NCBI GenBank assembly: GCA_963696295.1
Contig: CAVOJR010000001.1
Span: 2,304,001 to 2,368,000, forward strand
DNA from: an uncultured Chlamydiae bacterium
Lineage (GTDB): Bacteria > Chlamydiota > Chlamydiia > Chlamydiales > JAJFMB01
Direction: 5' to 3'
Length of the DNA: 64,000 nucleotides
Part shown: piece after piece, positions 52,602 to 61,864 of the stretch
How positions within the stretch are numbered: the first letter of the stretch is position 1
Layout of the letters: each line of letters begins with the position of its first letter
Notes under the pieces: model-generated
The model's database searches: none
Told to the model about the DNA's origin: nothing
What the model saw: only the letters and a program-made list of their open reading frames with translations
Translations under genes and position numbers: made by a program

Positions 52602-52740
52602 TATACCCAAACAACTTGAAGAGTTGATTTTGGGTGGCATCGGCTTTACCTCCAAATTTTTGTCATGGTCACTCGCTCCGGACAAGAATTTTGAGGTGCC
52701 TCCTTACCCAATTCCCAACTCTTCAAGTTGTTTGGGTATG
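52602..52740. repeat. Palindromic MITE/REP-like element (long form)
   Basis: TATACCCAAACAACTTGAAGAGTTG...CAACTCTTCAAGTTGTTTGGGTAT with inner ACCTCCAAATTT...AATTTTGAGGT hairpin. Confidence 0.85.
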
Positions 52741-52787
52741 ATAAAATAGGTGGTAATTTCAAAACCCAATGTTGGCAAAAAATCAGG

Positions 52788-53285
52788 CTAAAATTGGAAT
52801 TCCCTTAATGGCCCTTTGAAATTAATGTTTGATAATGTGCTAAGTAACGCCACTGTCCCAAATACGCGCTCGCCTGAAAACAAGGCCACTGCGCCAAGAA
52901 CGGTGTTTGCTGTCAGTTGAGCCATGTATACCTTAAACAGGATTTGGTCCTGTTCCGCTGTGATTTTTTTTCCTTCCCTGACTCCAATCCGGCTTTTTGT
53001 ATAAAAAGCCCCTCCGGCTGCCACACCTAAACTAATTAAAATAATTCTTTGATTGCTTAAGGGGGTAAGCATTGAGAGCGCTTTGTAGGCCATGACGCCA
53101 AAGGTTGCGCCAAAATAATTCATTGAGAAAAGTTCGATTTTATCCGAGGTTTTTTTAGCAAAATAATATTTTGCGTTCCATGTAAGGGTTGAGGGCAAAA
53201 TTTGAGCAGAACCGGCTAATACATTGCCGCAAAATGAAATCATAAACATCCTGTTAGTTAGAATTTGAAAAGTATTATATTCCAT
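52788..53285 (-). CDS. Hypothetical membrane protein
   Basis: 165-aa ORF with several hydrophobic segments. Confidence 0.65.
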   Translation of the reverse strand: MEYNTFQILTNRMFMISFCGNVLAGSAQILPSTLTWNAKYYFAKKTSDKIELFSMNYFGATFGVMAYKALSMLTPLSNQRIILISLGVAAGGAFYTKSRIGVREGKKITAEQDQILFKVYMAQLTANTVLGAVALFSGERVFGTVALLSTLSNINFKGPLREFQF

Positions 53286-53364
53286 TTATTGCATTTATGC
53301 AATAATTACTTTTATTTTATTGTAGAACTTGCTATGCTTATCCTTCTTTACCAAGGAGTTAAAA

Positions 53365-54504
53365 ATGGTTAGCATTAATTCTATGGCTTGGAATCTTGTT
53401 CCCGCCACAACAAAAAAAGAAGAAATTTTGGCTTCTAGAGCCCCATTAAAATTTTCTGCGGAAACGACCCTGAAGGAAAAAGTCAAGCGCGTCTTCAATA
53501 TCTGCCTGTTTGCGGGTGTCGCCGCTGTCAAGCTGTCCCGTATTTCAGGATACCTGCCCGTTGTGGCTAAAATGGCTGCCGCCCAGCCCCTGATCTATAA
53601 TATCGCTCTTGCGCTGGTTATTAGAAAAGTATTGGCTGTAGTTGTCTCGCACATTGTTTATATTGCCACCATTCCGTCTTATGTGGAAAAGTTCGACCGT
53701 AACCGTTTGGGGGCCTTTATTTTCCTTCAGGGAAATAAATTTACATGTCGCCGGATTGCTTTGAATAAATCAGGATTTAATTATGACTCCTTTGCTGTGG
53801 AACATAACCCAAAGGCTCCCTGGGCGCTTTTAGCGGGAGGTAATGGCTGGATTGGAGAAGGATGTATTTATCCGATGGCCAACGAATTTAAGAAAATGGG
53901 ATTTAATATTCTTTTTGTCAACGGTCCCGGCGTGGCGCGCAGCAGCGGCTTTCCCTCAAGCTATAGCATGGGGGCCGCTCAAGAAGCCGGATTGGAAATG
54001 CTGGAAACGGTCGTTAAGGCCAAAAAAATTCTCCTTTATGGAACTTCTCTTGGAGGGGGAGCGCAAGCTGAGGCGATTTGCCGCCACGATTTCAAAAAAG
54101 ATGTGAAATACATGGTGTGGAGCGACCGCTCTTTTGATAAGCTTTCAAATGCCGCGAGTAAGATGGTCTTAAGCATTGCAAAGCCCCTGTTTTACATTTT
54201 AGGGGTCGAATTGGATGGAGTCGCAGGAGCTAAGCGCCTCAAAGAATTAAAGATCACCCATCTTGTAACTCAGAATTATAAAGGAAAGATTGAAGGGGAT
54301 ACTTTGCCTTATGAGGGAGACCTTGTTGATTCAGGCTCTGACGGAGTGATTCCAAACGCAGCTTCGTTGTACACCGGACTTAGACGGGCCGGCATTGTCG
54401 ACAAAGAGCGGATTAAATTTTTCGGGAGTCCAGAGTTATGTCACAACGGATGGGAAACGGAAGGCTTTGTCAGCAAGGAAATTAGCCAGTTTGTCAGCGC
54501 TTAA
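53365..54504 (+). CDS. Chlamydial alpha/beta hydrolase-fold protein (CPn0927/CPn0928-like)
   Basis: NGPGVARSSG, YGTSLGGG, DRSF..LS, DGVIP; RBS AAGGAG. Confidence 0.8.
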   Translation: MVSINSMAWNLVPATTKKEEILASRAPLKFSAETTLKEKVKRVFNICLFAGVAAVKLSRISGYLPVVAKMAAAQPLIYNIALALVIRKVLAVVVSHIVYIATIPSYVEKFDRNRLGAFIFLQGNKFTCRRIALNKSGFNYDSFAVEHNPKAPWALLAGGNGWIGEGCIYPMANEFKKMGFNILFVNGPGVARSSGFPSSYSMGAAQEAGLEMLETVVKAKKILLYGTSLGGGAQAEAICRHDFKKDVKYMVWSDRSFDKLSNAASKMVLSIAKPLFYILGVELDGVAGAKRLKELKITHLVTQNYKGKIEGDTLPYEGDLVDSGSDGVIPNAASLYTGLRRAGIVDKERIKFFGSPELCHNGWETEGFVSKEISQFVSA

Positions 54505-57500
54505 TCATCTGTGCTGCCATCATCATCGGGAACGACAACTGTGACCCTGCGGAAGCGGAAACAATCAAAGCAGGAGGACCAGCGGGATCGTTGGGGAGGG
54601 GGCACCGAGATGACGCCGCCGTTTTGTCTTGGAGCGACTTTACGATGACGGTGGCTATGATGGGTGTGCAATGAGTTTCGCGAAATGAATTCATGAATGC
54701 CCCTTGGCCGGTGGGAGAGGATCTCCTCCGGCTTAATACTCAGCCAGATATCTTTGAAGTTTTGCTTGCCGGGCTGTAAAATTTTTCGCTTGCTCCCCTC
54801 AAACTCCTGCTTAGGGTCCCGGTCGTGATTGTTCTTTTTCCCCATGATCACCAGAATATCCCGATAGGGGTATTGGCTAAGGACAACTTCCAGAACATCC
54901 GCATTCCCATTCCTGCCGGCCAGGTGCAAGGGGGTATTTCCCTCCAGGAGATCTCTTTTGCGGATCAGCTTGGGATTTCTGCGAATCGCGTCTTCGAGCA
55001 AGCTCTTTTCACTCTCATTCAACTCGGACTTCTCTTGTAAAAAGTAATGCAGAAAATTTCGCTCCTGCCGGTCGAAGACCGTTAAATCGATGGGAAGAGT
55101 TAAGAAATACCTGGCAAGTTCTATATGGCCATTTTTTACGCTCTGCATGAGCGGGGTAGCCTTGAAGCCGTTTTGCGGGCCGGCTTCTGCCCCGCTTCCG
55201 ATAAGGAGGCGGGCGGTGGCGAGGTGTCCCATGGCGGCGGCTTCATGCAAGGGGGTGTCGCCGTTATTGTTCTCTTTCCTCAGGTGCCTCCCGCTTTGAG
55301 CGATCAGATGGCGGGCTAAACTGCCTACCCCATTTCGGCACACCCAATGCAGCAGGGTAGATCCATTTTCATCCTCCTCCATCAGATCGGCGCCATACTT
55401 GATATAGAGATTTAAAATTTCGTCCAGGGCGGCATCCTCATCGTCTTGCAGCGTCAATTTCTTGGCCAGGGATAAAAGGGGCGTTTCATTATTGATGTCA
55501 GCGGAAGTATAAAGAGGGGGTGCGCGCCCGCGGTTCGAGATTTGGTCATGCTGAAGGAGAAGTTCAATCACTTTGACATGCTTTTTGATCGTGGCCATGT
55601 GGAGAGCCGTTCTTTGATTGATGTCTTGGGCGAGGATGTCGGACGATCGCCAGTTTTTTATATCGTTGCCAAGCAACATTGAGACCGATTCCTCAAAGCC
55701 GTTGTCGGCGGCGATCATCAGTGGAGTCACGTCTTCGGCGTCGCTGATATCGAGGTCGGCTTGCTTTTCTCTTAATATTTTAATCACGGCGAGCGAATCT
55801 CTTGCCGTATCTTCACAATCTGCTTTGGAAAGCCCCATCATGGGTTTTGCCTGCCCTCCATTGAAAAAAATCATGGCGGCATGGTGCAGAGGGGCTCTTC
55901 CCTCTTCATCGAGAGCATCGATCGATTCGGGTTTTTTTTCGAGGAGGAGGGCGACCACCTGGGGGTGGGCGTGCATGCAGGCGAGGTGCAGGGGGATATC
56001 TCCGTGGGCATCGGATTCCAAGGGATCTGCTTTAAGGCCGATGAGGGTTTCGACCGTCTCTTTGTGGCCCCTGATCGCCGCAAGGTGCAGCATGGTCCTG
56101 CCATCATCATTTTTGGCCTGGACCTCTTCGACGCCGAACGCAGCAAATTTTTTGGCGAATGAGTGCTTTGATTTGATGATCGCAATATGCCCGGCGGTAT
56201 TATTAAAGTGATCGCGCTGCTTGAGAAAGGAAATTTTTTTCTCCTTTTCCATATTTATGCAGATCTGCAGGATTTGCTCGTGGCCGTGTCTTGCGGCCAC
56301 ATGCAGCGAAGTTTGTTTGAAAAAGGAGTGATCCTGTTTCGTTGCCCTCTCAGGGTCAAGCCGCACAAGCCTTTCAAACAGGTCGAAGAGATTGTATTTG
56401 GCGAAGATATGCCTTAAGGGCAGGTGTAAGGTTGTTTTGGCGTCAAAGGCATCAGCCAGCATTTTGAGATAATTATTTTTTACCTCATCCCCGTTTTGCC
56501 CCTTCCAATCAAGAGAGCGGTAATTGATGTTCATGGCGTTGAATATCGCAAACACCCTTTCAGGATCGCAAGGGCACTCGATCGGCAGGAGCTGATCGTA
56601 ATTATCTTTCCAATAGAGCTCCGGCTGGTAGTAGCAGATGATTTTGGGGATGGTGGGGCAGCAGTGCAAGGCGGCGAGGTGGAGGATGTTGTTGCCGAAA
56701 AAATCTTTCTTAGAGATATCGATGGAGGGGAATTTGAAGAGCATGATGAGAATATGGATTATTTTGAGCCTCTTTTCGAACGATTCCAGCGCGGGAACAG
56801 TATAGAGGAAATCTTCCTGCATCGTATCGAAGATCTGATTTAAGTCCTTTTTTGCTTTTTCATCCGCTTCTAATCCGATGATCGCTTTTTTCAATGAGAG
56901 GATATTTAAAATGAGCGGGTAGATTTTTTCTAATTCTTTTTCATTCAATGAAGATTCATCAATACGCACGCTTTGATAGGCTGCGGCCCTTCTTAGATCG
57001 CGCAGGCTTTTCGGTTTTACCACAGGGCTGGTGTTGGGGGAGGCGTCATAGTTTTTCACTAGGGAAATGTCAGGCACCCGCAAATTTTTTTCGAGGTTGA
57101 AGAGGCAGGCCATATGCAGGGCCCCATCGCCATAATGGGTTTGTTTGTTCGGGTCGGCCCCTTTGGAGAGAAGCAGCTGAGCGATTTCCCCGTTTAGCGT
57201 ATAGGCTGCCATATGCAAGGGGGTAAACTTGCCCGATTCCAGGTCGATTTCCGCGCCGTTTAAGAGAAGCTGTCTGACCGCTTCGCTATTTTCCCGAATG
57301 ACGGCGATATGCAAAGGGGCTAACCCCAAGTGATTCACATGGTTGATCTTGCCCCCGCATTGGACGATCTTGGGGATAAACTGGGCCATCTCCTGGTAGT
57401 AAGCCGCGTAAATTAAAGCGGTATTGCCAAATTCATCGCCGATATTGAGAATCTTTTCAATATCGGGAACGTCAAAATTTATTTGGCTCAGCTCCAGATT

Positions 57501-60011
57501 TTTCATGTGCTTGATGATCTGAGGCGGATCGAGTTTCGGCCATTCCCCCTCTATTTTTCCATGGCACGGCTGAGGGTAATTGGCAAAGAGTTCAAAGCTC
57601 TCGCGATAATCTGCGTTATTTTGGATATTGTCGGAGTGAAAACGGGCAAAATCTGCACTGCACTTTAACTGCCTGTGCTCATCGGCCATCATCAGGATAA
57701 TTTTGAGCGCGACTTTGTAATCCAGTTTCTTCATCAGAAGAATCAGTCTCTTTAAGGTTTCATACTTTTTATGCTCTATCGCCTGGTAAAGAGCGGAGTT
57801 GGCCTCGAATTTCATATCCAGCCTCAATAATTCCTTCATGAGCAGGGCGGCGTTTTCGGAAAGGTCTTTTTCAATGGCGATCAGAATAGGAGTTTGCCCG
57901 CATTTATTGACCGGACTTGGATGAGGCTCGCTTTGCAAAAGAAGCGCCAAGATAGCCGGGGTGCCCGCTGCCGCTAAGTGCAGAGGGGTGTCTCCCTCTC
58001 TATTTTTGATCTTGAGCAAACTTTTGGGCGCCTCGTTCAACAAAGCCTCCACTGTCTCCTGGAGCTGCAGTTTGACAGCCAGATGCAAGGCGGTGTTTCC
58101 CTCTTCATATTCTTGCGCGCTAAGGTCGACATTCAATCCGCTTTTTTTTATCACGTTGATCATCGCGTAGTTTTTTTTCCATACAGCGGCATGATAGAGC
58201 GTGTGGCCATAGACGTCCACTTCGGTAATCTTCACGATCTGATCAATCCGCTTTAAAAGAGCGGCGTGGTTCGTCTGAAATTTCAAATTAGTGGAATGGA
58301 GCGAGGAGACAGCCATAAACGAGGCGGGGCGCCCTCCGAAATCATCGATAAACCCATGCTCTTTCAGGAAGTATTTGATGAGATAGGTGTGGAGGGGAAG
58401 ATGAGAGCGTTTGTCGATGGCGGGGTGCTCTTCTTTAAATTTGACGAGTTTCCGGTGGAGTTTTTCGAGGTTGGCGGCTCCGTGAATGGCTTTAGTCTCC
58501 TCAAGGAGAGTCATCAATAAATAAGTTGTGTTGGAAAGTTCAGTTTTTTTGGAGTTCTTTAACAGGCGTCCCAAGGCCTTTACGAGGCGGAAGGCGATGT
58601 CTTCATCGTGAATATTGACGTACTGCAATAAAAGTTTCATCGCCTCGATTTCGATCGAAATAACGCGCGTCTTTAAGGCGACCCGCTCCAGCGTGACAAT
58701 AATGCCGTATCTCACTTCTTGAATGGCGATATGTTTGAATTTCCTTAAGGTGTGGATGATTTTTTTAAAGTCGGCATGATTATTCATGGTTTTTTGGCAA
58801 TAGCGGTTGATCATCACTACCGGCGGGAGCCAAGGGGGCATAGTGGAAGTATTGTCCTGCAGGGCTTTTTTGATGGCTTTATAGCTTTGCTGGATGGCGT
58901 CGATGAGATTATTTGGTGAGAAATAGGCGGTTGCTGTAACGGTAACCGCCGACATGGCAAAGGCGCCGGCAATTTTCAGCCACTTTTCCTCATTCTTTAC
59001 GGTGGTGTTTAGAAGATCGAGGCAATTGACCGCGTAGGAGCGCCAATATTCCGCTTCCTTGTCATCTGAGATGTTGAGTTTGCTGAGATCTTCGAGACGG
59101 GATTTCGTCGCCAGTTTGGTATTTTCGTCTAAAATTATCTTTTTTGGGGAATAGAGCAGAATAAGAGAGAGGATTTTAGCATAAGTTTCGATCACTATAT
59201 GGATCAGCCTGCCCTGAATTTTTTCGATATTATCCTTGAGATAATCTTCCATATCCTGGTGAAGAATGACGATACCGCCCAGATTTTCAGAGGTTAGGGA
59301 GTCAGTTTCGATCAGATCGGTGAGTTCAATCAGGCTGGCTTTTTTTACATCGTAGTCCTCACAGTATTTGAACATCTCAAAGAGCCTTTGCCTCGCCCTT
59401 GGGACCTCCTGCGGATCGATTTCCGGCAACGTCTGATCGAAATTTTCCTTGTAGGCCATCGCCTTAAAATCAGCGATTTTCTGCAGGGCCACCTTGCGCA
59501 TCGTTTTGATGTCCCGAAACGATTTGTTGAAGATAGCGGCAAACTCCTGGACATCCCCCATATCGAGATAGGATTGGTACTTTGGCTCCAGCAGCAAAAC
59601 GCCTTGCTGAGGGTAGTAAAGTTTGATATATTCCTGATACTTGTCGGCGTATTTAACGCTGAAATCGGCCAGTTCATTTTGCAGCGATCTCGGTATGCAG
59701 TAGGTATTTTCGCTCTCCGGCGGCAAAGGAAACTGGCTGTTTATATATTGCCTGGCGCGGTACTCTTTCTTGACGAGTGTGTGGATCGCATTGAAAATCT
59801 GGACGCTTTTTTTAGGGAGGTTGGAAAGGTCGTCAAAAGAGATCAGGGCGGCGACTCTATCTTCTTTGGGAGATTTTAAAGCATAAGAGTCGCAAAAAGC
59901 TAAAAAGGCCTTCTGGGCAACTTCCTGCAAGCGCAATTCCGCTTCTTTCAACGGGTCGACCGGCTGAATGAGGGGAAGGTTTTTGCTTGTAGCGGTTATA
60001 GGTGTATTCAT
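54501..60011 (-). CDS. 1836-aa ankyrin repeat protein with helical N-terminal domain
   Basis: Many G.TPLH.A repeats (GNTALHLAV, GDTPLHLAA, GRTMLHLAA, GDTPLHEAA and others). Confidence 0.93.
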   Translation of the reverse strand: MNTPITATSKNLPLIQPVDPLKEAELRLQEVAQKAFLAFCDSYALKSPKEDRVAALISFDDLSNLPKKSVQIFNAIHTLVKKEYRARQYINSQFPLPPESENTYCIPRSLQNELADFSVKYADKYQEYIKLYYPQQGVLLLEPKYQSYLDMGDVQEFAAIFNKSFRDIKTMRKVALQKIADFKAMAYKENFDQTLPEIDPQEVPRARQRLFEMFKYCEDYDVKKASLIELTDLIETDSLTSENLGGIVILHQDMEDYLKDNIEKIQGRLIHIVIETYAKILSLILLYSPKKIILDENTKLATKSRLEDLSKLNISDDKEAEYWRSYAVNCLDLLNTTVKNEEKWLKIAGAFAMSAVTVTATAYFSPNNLIDAIQQSYKAIKKALQDNTSTMPPWLPPVVMINRYCQKTMNNHADFKKIIHTLRKFKHIAIQEVRYGIIVTLERVALKTRVISIEIEAMKLLLQYVNIHDEDIAFRLVKALGRLLKNSKKTELSNTTYLLMTLLEETKAIHGAANLEKLHRKLVKFKEEHPAIDKRSHLPLHTYLIKYFLKEHGFIDDFGGRPASFMAVSSLHSTNLKFQTNHAALLKRIDQIVKITEVDVYGHTLYHAAVWKKNYAMINVIKKSGLNVDLSAQEYEEGNTALHLAVKLQLQETVEALLNEAPKSLLKIKNREGDTPLHLAAAGTPAILALLLQSEPHPSPVNKCGQTPILIAIEKDLSENAALLMKELLRLDMKFEANSALYQAIEHKKYETLKRLILLMKKLDYKVALKIILMMADEHRQLKCSADFARFHSDNIQNNADYRESFELFANYPQPCHGKIEGEWPKLDPPQIIKHMKNLELSQINFDVPDIEKILNIGDEFGNTALIYAAYYQEMAQFIPKIVQCGGKINHVNHLGLAPLHIAVIRENSEAVRQLLLNGAEIDLESGKFTPLHMAAYTLNGEIAQLLLSKGADPNKQTHYGDGALHMACLFNLEKNLRVPDISLVKNYDASPNTSPVVKPKSLRDLRRAAAYQSVRIDESSLNEKELEKIYPLILNILSLKKAIIGLEADEKAKKDLNQIFDTMQEDFLYTVPALESFEKRLKIIHILIMLFKFPSIDISKKDFFGNNILHLAALHCCPTIPKIICYYQPELYWKDNYDQLLPIECPCDPERVFAIFNAMNINYRSLDWKGQNGDEVKNNYLKMLADAFDAKTTLHLPLRHIFAKYNLFDLFERLVRLDPERATKQDHSFFKQTSLHVAARHGHEQILQICINMEKEKKISFLKQRDHFNNTAGHIAIIKSKHSFAKKFAAFGVEEVQAKNDDGRTMLHLAAIRGHKETVETLIGLKADPLESDAHGDIPLHLACMHAHPQVVALLLEKKPESIDALDEEGRAPLHHAAMIFFNGGQAKPMMGLSKADCEDTARDSLAVIKILREKQADLDISDAEDVTPLMIAADNGFEESVSMLLGNDIKNWRSSDILAQDINQRTALHMATIKKHVKVIELLLQHDQISNRGRAPPLYTSADINNETPLLSLAKKLTLQDDEDAALDEILNLYIKYGADLMEEDENGSTLLHWVCRNGVGSLARHLIAQSGRHLRKENNNGDTPLHEAAAMGHLATARLLIGSGAEAGPQNGFKATPLMQSVKNGHIELARYFLTLPIDLTVFDRQERNFLHYFLQEKSELNESEKSLLEDAIRRNPKLIRKRDLLEGNTPLHLAGRNGNADVLEVVLSQYPYRDILVIMGKKNNHDRDPKQEFEGSKRKILQPGKQNFKDIWLSIKPEEILSHRPRGIHEFISRNSLHTHHSHRHRKVAPRQNGGVISVPPPQRSRWSSCFDCFRFRRVTVVVPDDDGSTDD

Positions 60012-60061
60012 GATAATACATCAGCGTTAACTGAAAATTATCAATCAAAGTTTAATTTAAA

Positions 60062-61180
60062 TCAAGCGTGGTATTTGGCCAGCAGTTCGTTGGTGAAGAA
60101 GTAGTTGGCAATATCTTCGGTCAAATTTCTTATCACCCTGGGAGCGTCAGGCCAAAAAGCGTAGAGAAGAAAAGCCTGCTCTTTCAGCTCAGTGATTTTT
60201 TTAGGATCGGCTGATTTCTTCCACCCGTCGGTTTTTGAGAAGTTTTCTTGCACTTCTTTGAACCACACGTTGGGGTCAAACTTATCCCACAGCTCTTGCA
60301 TCCCGGGAGTGGAGCAGCAATCATTGACGGGATATTGCAGGGTTTTATCCTTTTTCAACAGGTCCTTGCAAAAGTCTTCCAGGGATGTGCCGATCCGGTC
60401 TAAAGCGCCAAGGACTTCACGCGAGGGGATCTCCTCTTTAGCTTCTTTTTTCAACCAGGCGTCAAGCAAAGGGATTTCGATCGTGTCTCCCGGTTTTATC
60501 TCAGGTTTATAGCGAAGGATCAGATGATTTAGCCATGCTGAGCCCTCTTTTACTTTGGCATTTATTATGAGCATTTTATAGTCGCTATGGACCCCGCCGA
60601 ATTTCCCCGCTTCATCGGTCAGCTCCACGGCGCTTTGCTCTGCATGGGTGGTAACGATCTGACTGGCTTCCTTGAGGGTGGCCACATCGCGCCCTTCCAG
60701 CGTTGATGCGAAACCGGTGATAAACTGCTGAAATAAATATTGGCTTTGCTCTTTTTCCGCTTTCAATTGGGAAACTAGGCCGGTGTCGGCAATCTCCTTA
60801 TCTGTTAGGGAATCTATGGATGTTGCGATTTGAATAATCTTTAGATAACTGCCTTTCCAAGCCTCAAAGCTATCGTTGAATTTTGCAAAGCAGGCAGAAT
60901 CTTTAAAGCGCGCGCCGGGCAGGTAGGAAGATGCCCATTTCCCAAAGAACAGATCGTTTTCCACAAATTCAGGAGAACTATTGGAAAGTTTAAAGGGAGC
61001 CACAACCCCATCTACGTCGCGGATGATTTTGCGCAATTTTTCCTTCTCAGTCACTTTTATTGCCTTACAAGTGAGGGGCACTGCGGTCTGAATGAGCATC
61101 GGCGGCGGCGGCGGGATCTTAACCTCCTCATCGATCGGGGGCAGATTCACCAGTTCCGAATTGGTGTTCAGGTTTATCAT
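60062..61180 (-). CDS. Hypothetical protein with proline-rich N-terminus
   Basis: 372-aa ORF; RBS GAGGAG. Confidence 0.8.
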   Translation of the reverse strand: MINLNTNSELVNLPPIDEEVKIPPPPPMLIQTAVPLTCKAIKVTEKEKLRKIIRDVDGVVAPFKLSNSSPEFVENDLFFGKWASSYLPGARFKDSACFAKFNDSFEAWKGSYLKIIQIATSIDSLTDKEIADTGLVSQLKAEKEQSQYLFQQFITGFASTLEGRDVATLKEASQIVTTHAEQSAVELTDEAGKFGGVHSDYKMLIINAKVKEGSAWLNHLILRYKPEIKPGDTIEIPLLDAWLKKEAKEEIPSREVLGALDRIGTSLEDFCKDLLKKDKTLQYPVNDCCSTPGMQELWDKFDPNVWFKEVQENFSKTDGWKKSADPKKITELKEQAFLLYAFWPDAPRVIRNLTEDIANYFFTNELLAKYHA

Positions 61181-61227
61181 AAAGGACTCCTCTTTTTATA
61201 AATAATTATAAACGAAGAGTGTAAAAA

Positions 61228-61863
61228 TCATGTTAAATTTGAATTAATTCTCCACTCCTGCTGGAAACTCTTGATATTCTCAAGCGTAAGGGGATGATCG
61301 GCGGTGAAGGCTTCAAAAAGGGGGTCTTTAAGGGTTATCGCATCGATATTGATCTCGGACAGCTGCTCTATTTGTTCCACTGTTCTTAAAGAAGCTGCCA
61401 GTATTTTAGAGGGGAGGTTCAACATCTGTCGCGCGGTGTTTAAGGCATCCTGGCCCGCGTCCTGAATGCGGGAGAAGTAGAGGGCGATGTACTCGGCTCC
61501 GGCGAGAGACGCTAAAAGAGCCTGCCTTGGATGATAGACAACGGTCGCCATGGTTTTTATCTGATAGCTGTGGAGATAGCGGATCGCTTCCAATCCGCTT
61601 TTAGTCACAGGGATTTTCACGATGATCCTTTCTGAGATAGAGTAGAGCATCTCCCCCTGCTCTATCATCTTTTTTGCCTCATCCGCCACCACCTGGCAAG
61701 TGACCGGTCCCTTTTGCACCTCCAGCAGCATTTGGAGGGCATCCAGAGGATGGGGCGCGGCTTTTGCCAAGATCGAAGGATTGGTCGTCACACCGTGTAA
61801 TACACCCATTTTGGCGGCTTTTTCCACTAACTCGAGATTGATGGTGTCCAGCCAAATTTCCAT
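61228..61863 (-). CDS. tal: Transaldolase / fructose-6-phosphate aldolase family protein
   Basis: IWLDT, GVTTNPSIL, VKIPVT, KILAASLR. Confidence 0.93.
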   Translation of the reverse strand: MEIWLDTINLELVEKAAKMGVLHGVTTNPSILAKAAPHPLDALQMLLEVQKGPVTCQVVADEAKKMIEQGEMLYSISERIIVKIPVTKSGLEAIRYLHSYQIKTMATVVYHPRQALLASLAGAEYIALYFSRIQDAGQDALNTARQMLNLPSKILAASLRTVEQIEQLSEINIDAITLKDPLFEAFTADHPLTLENIKSFQQEWRINSNLT

Positions 61864-61864
61864 G

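Noticed and set aside
60062..61180. HAD-like DVDG motif
   Set aside because: Other HAD motifs not evident
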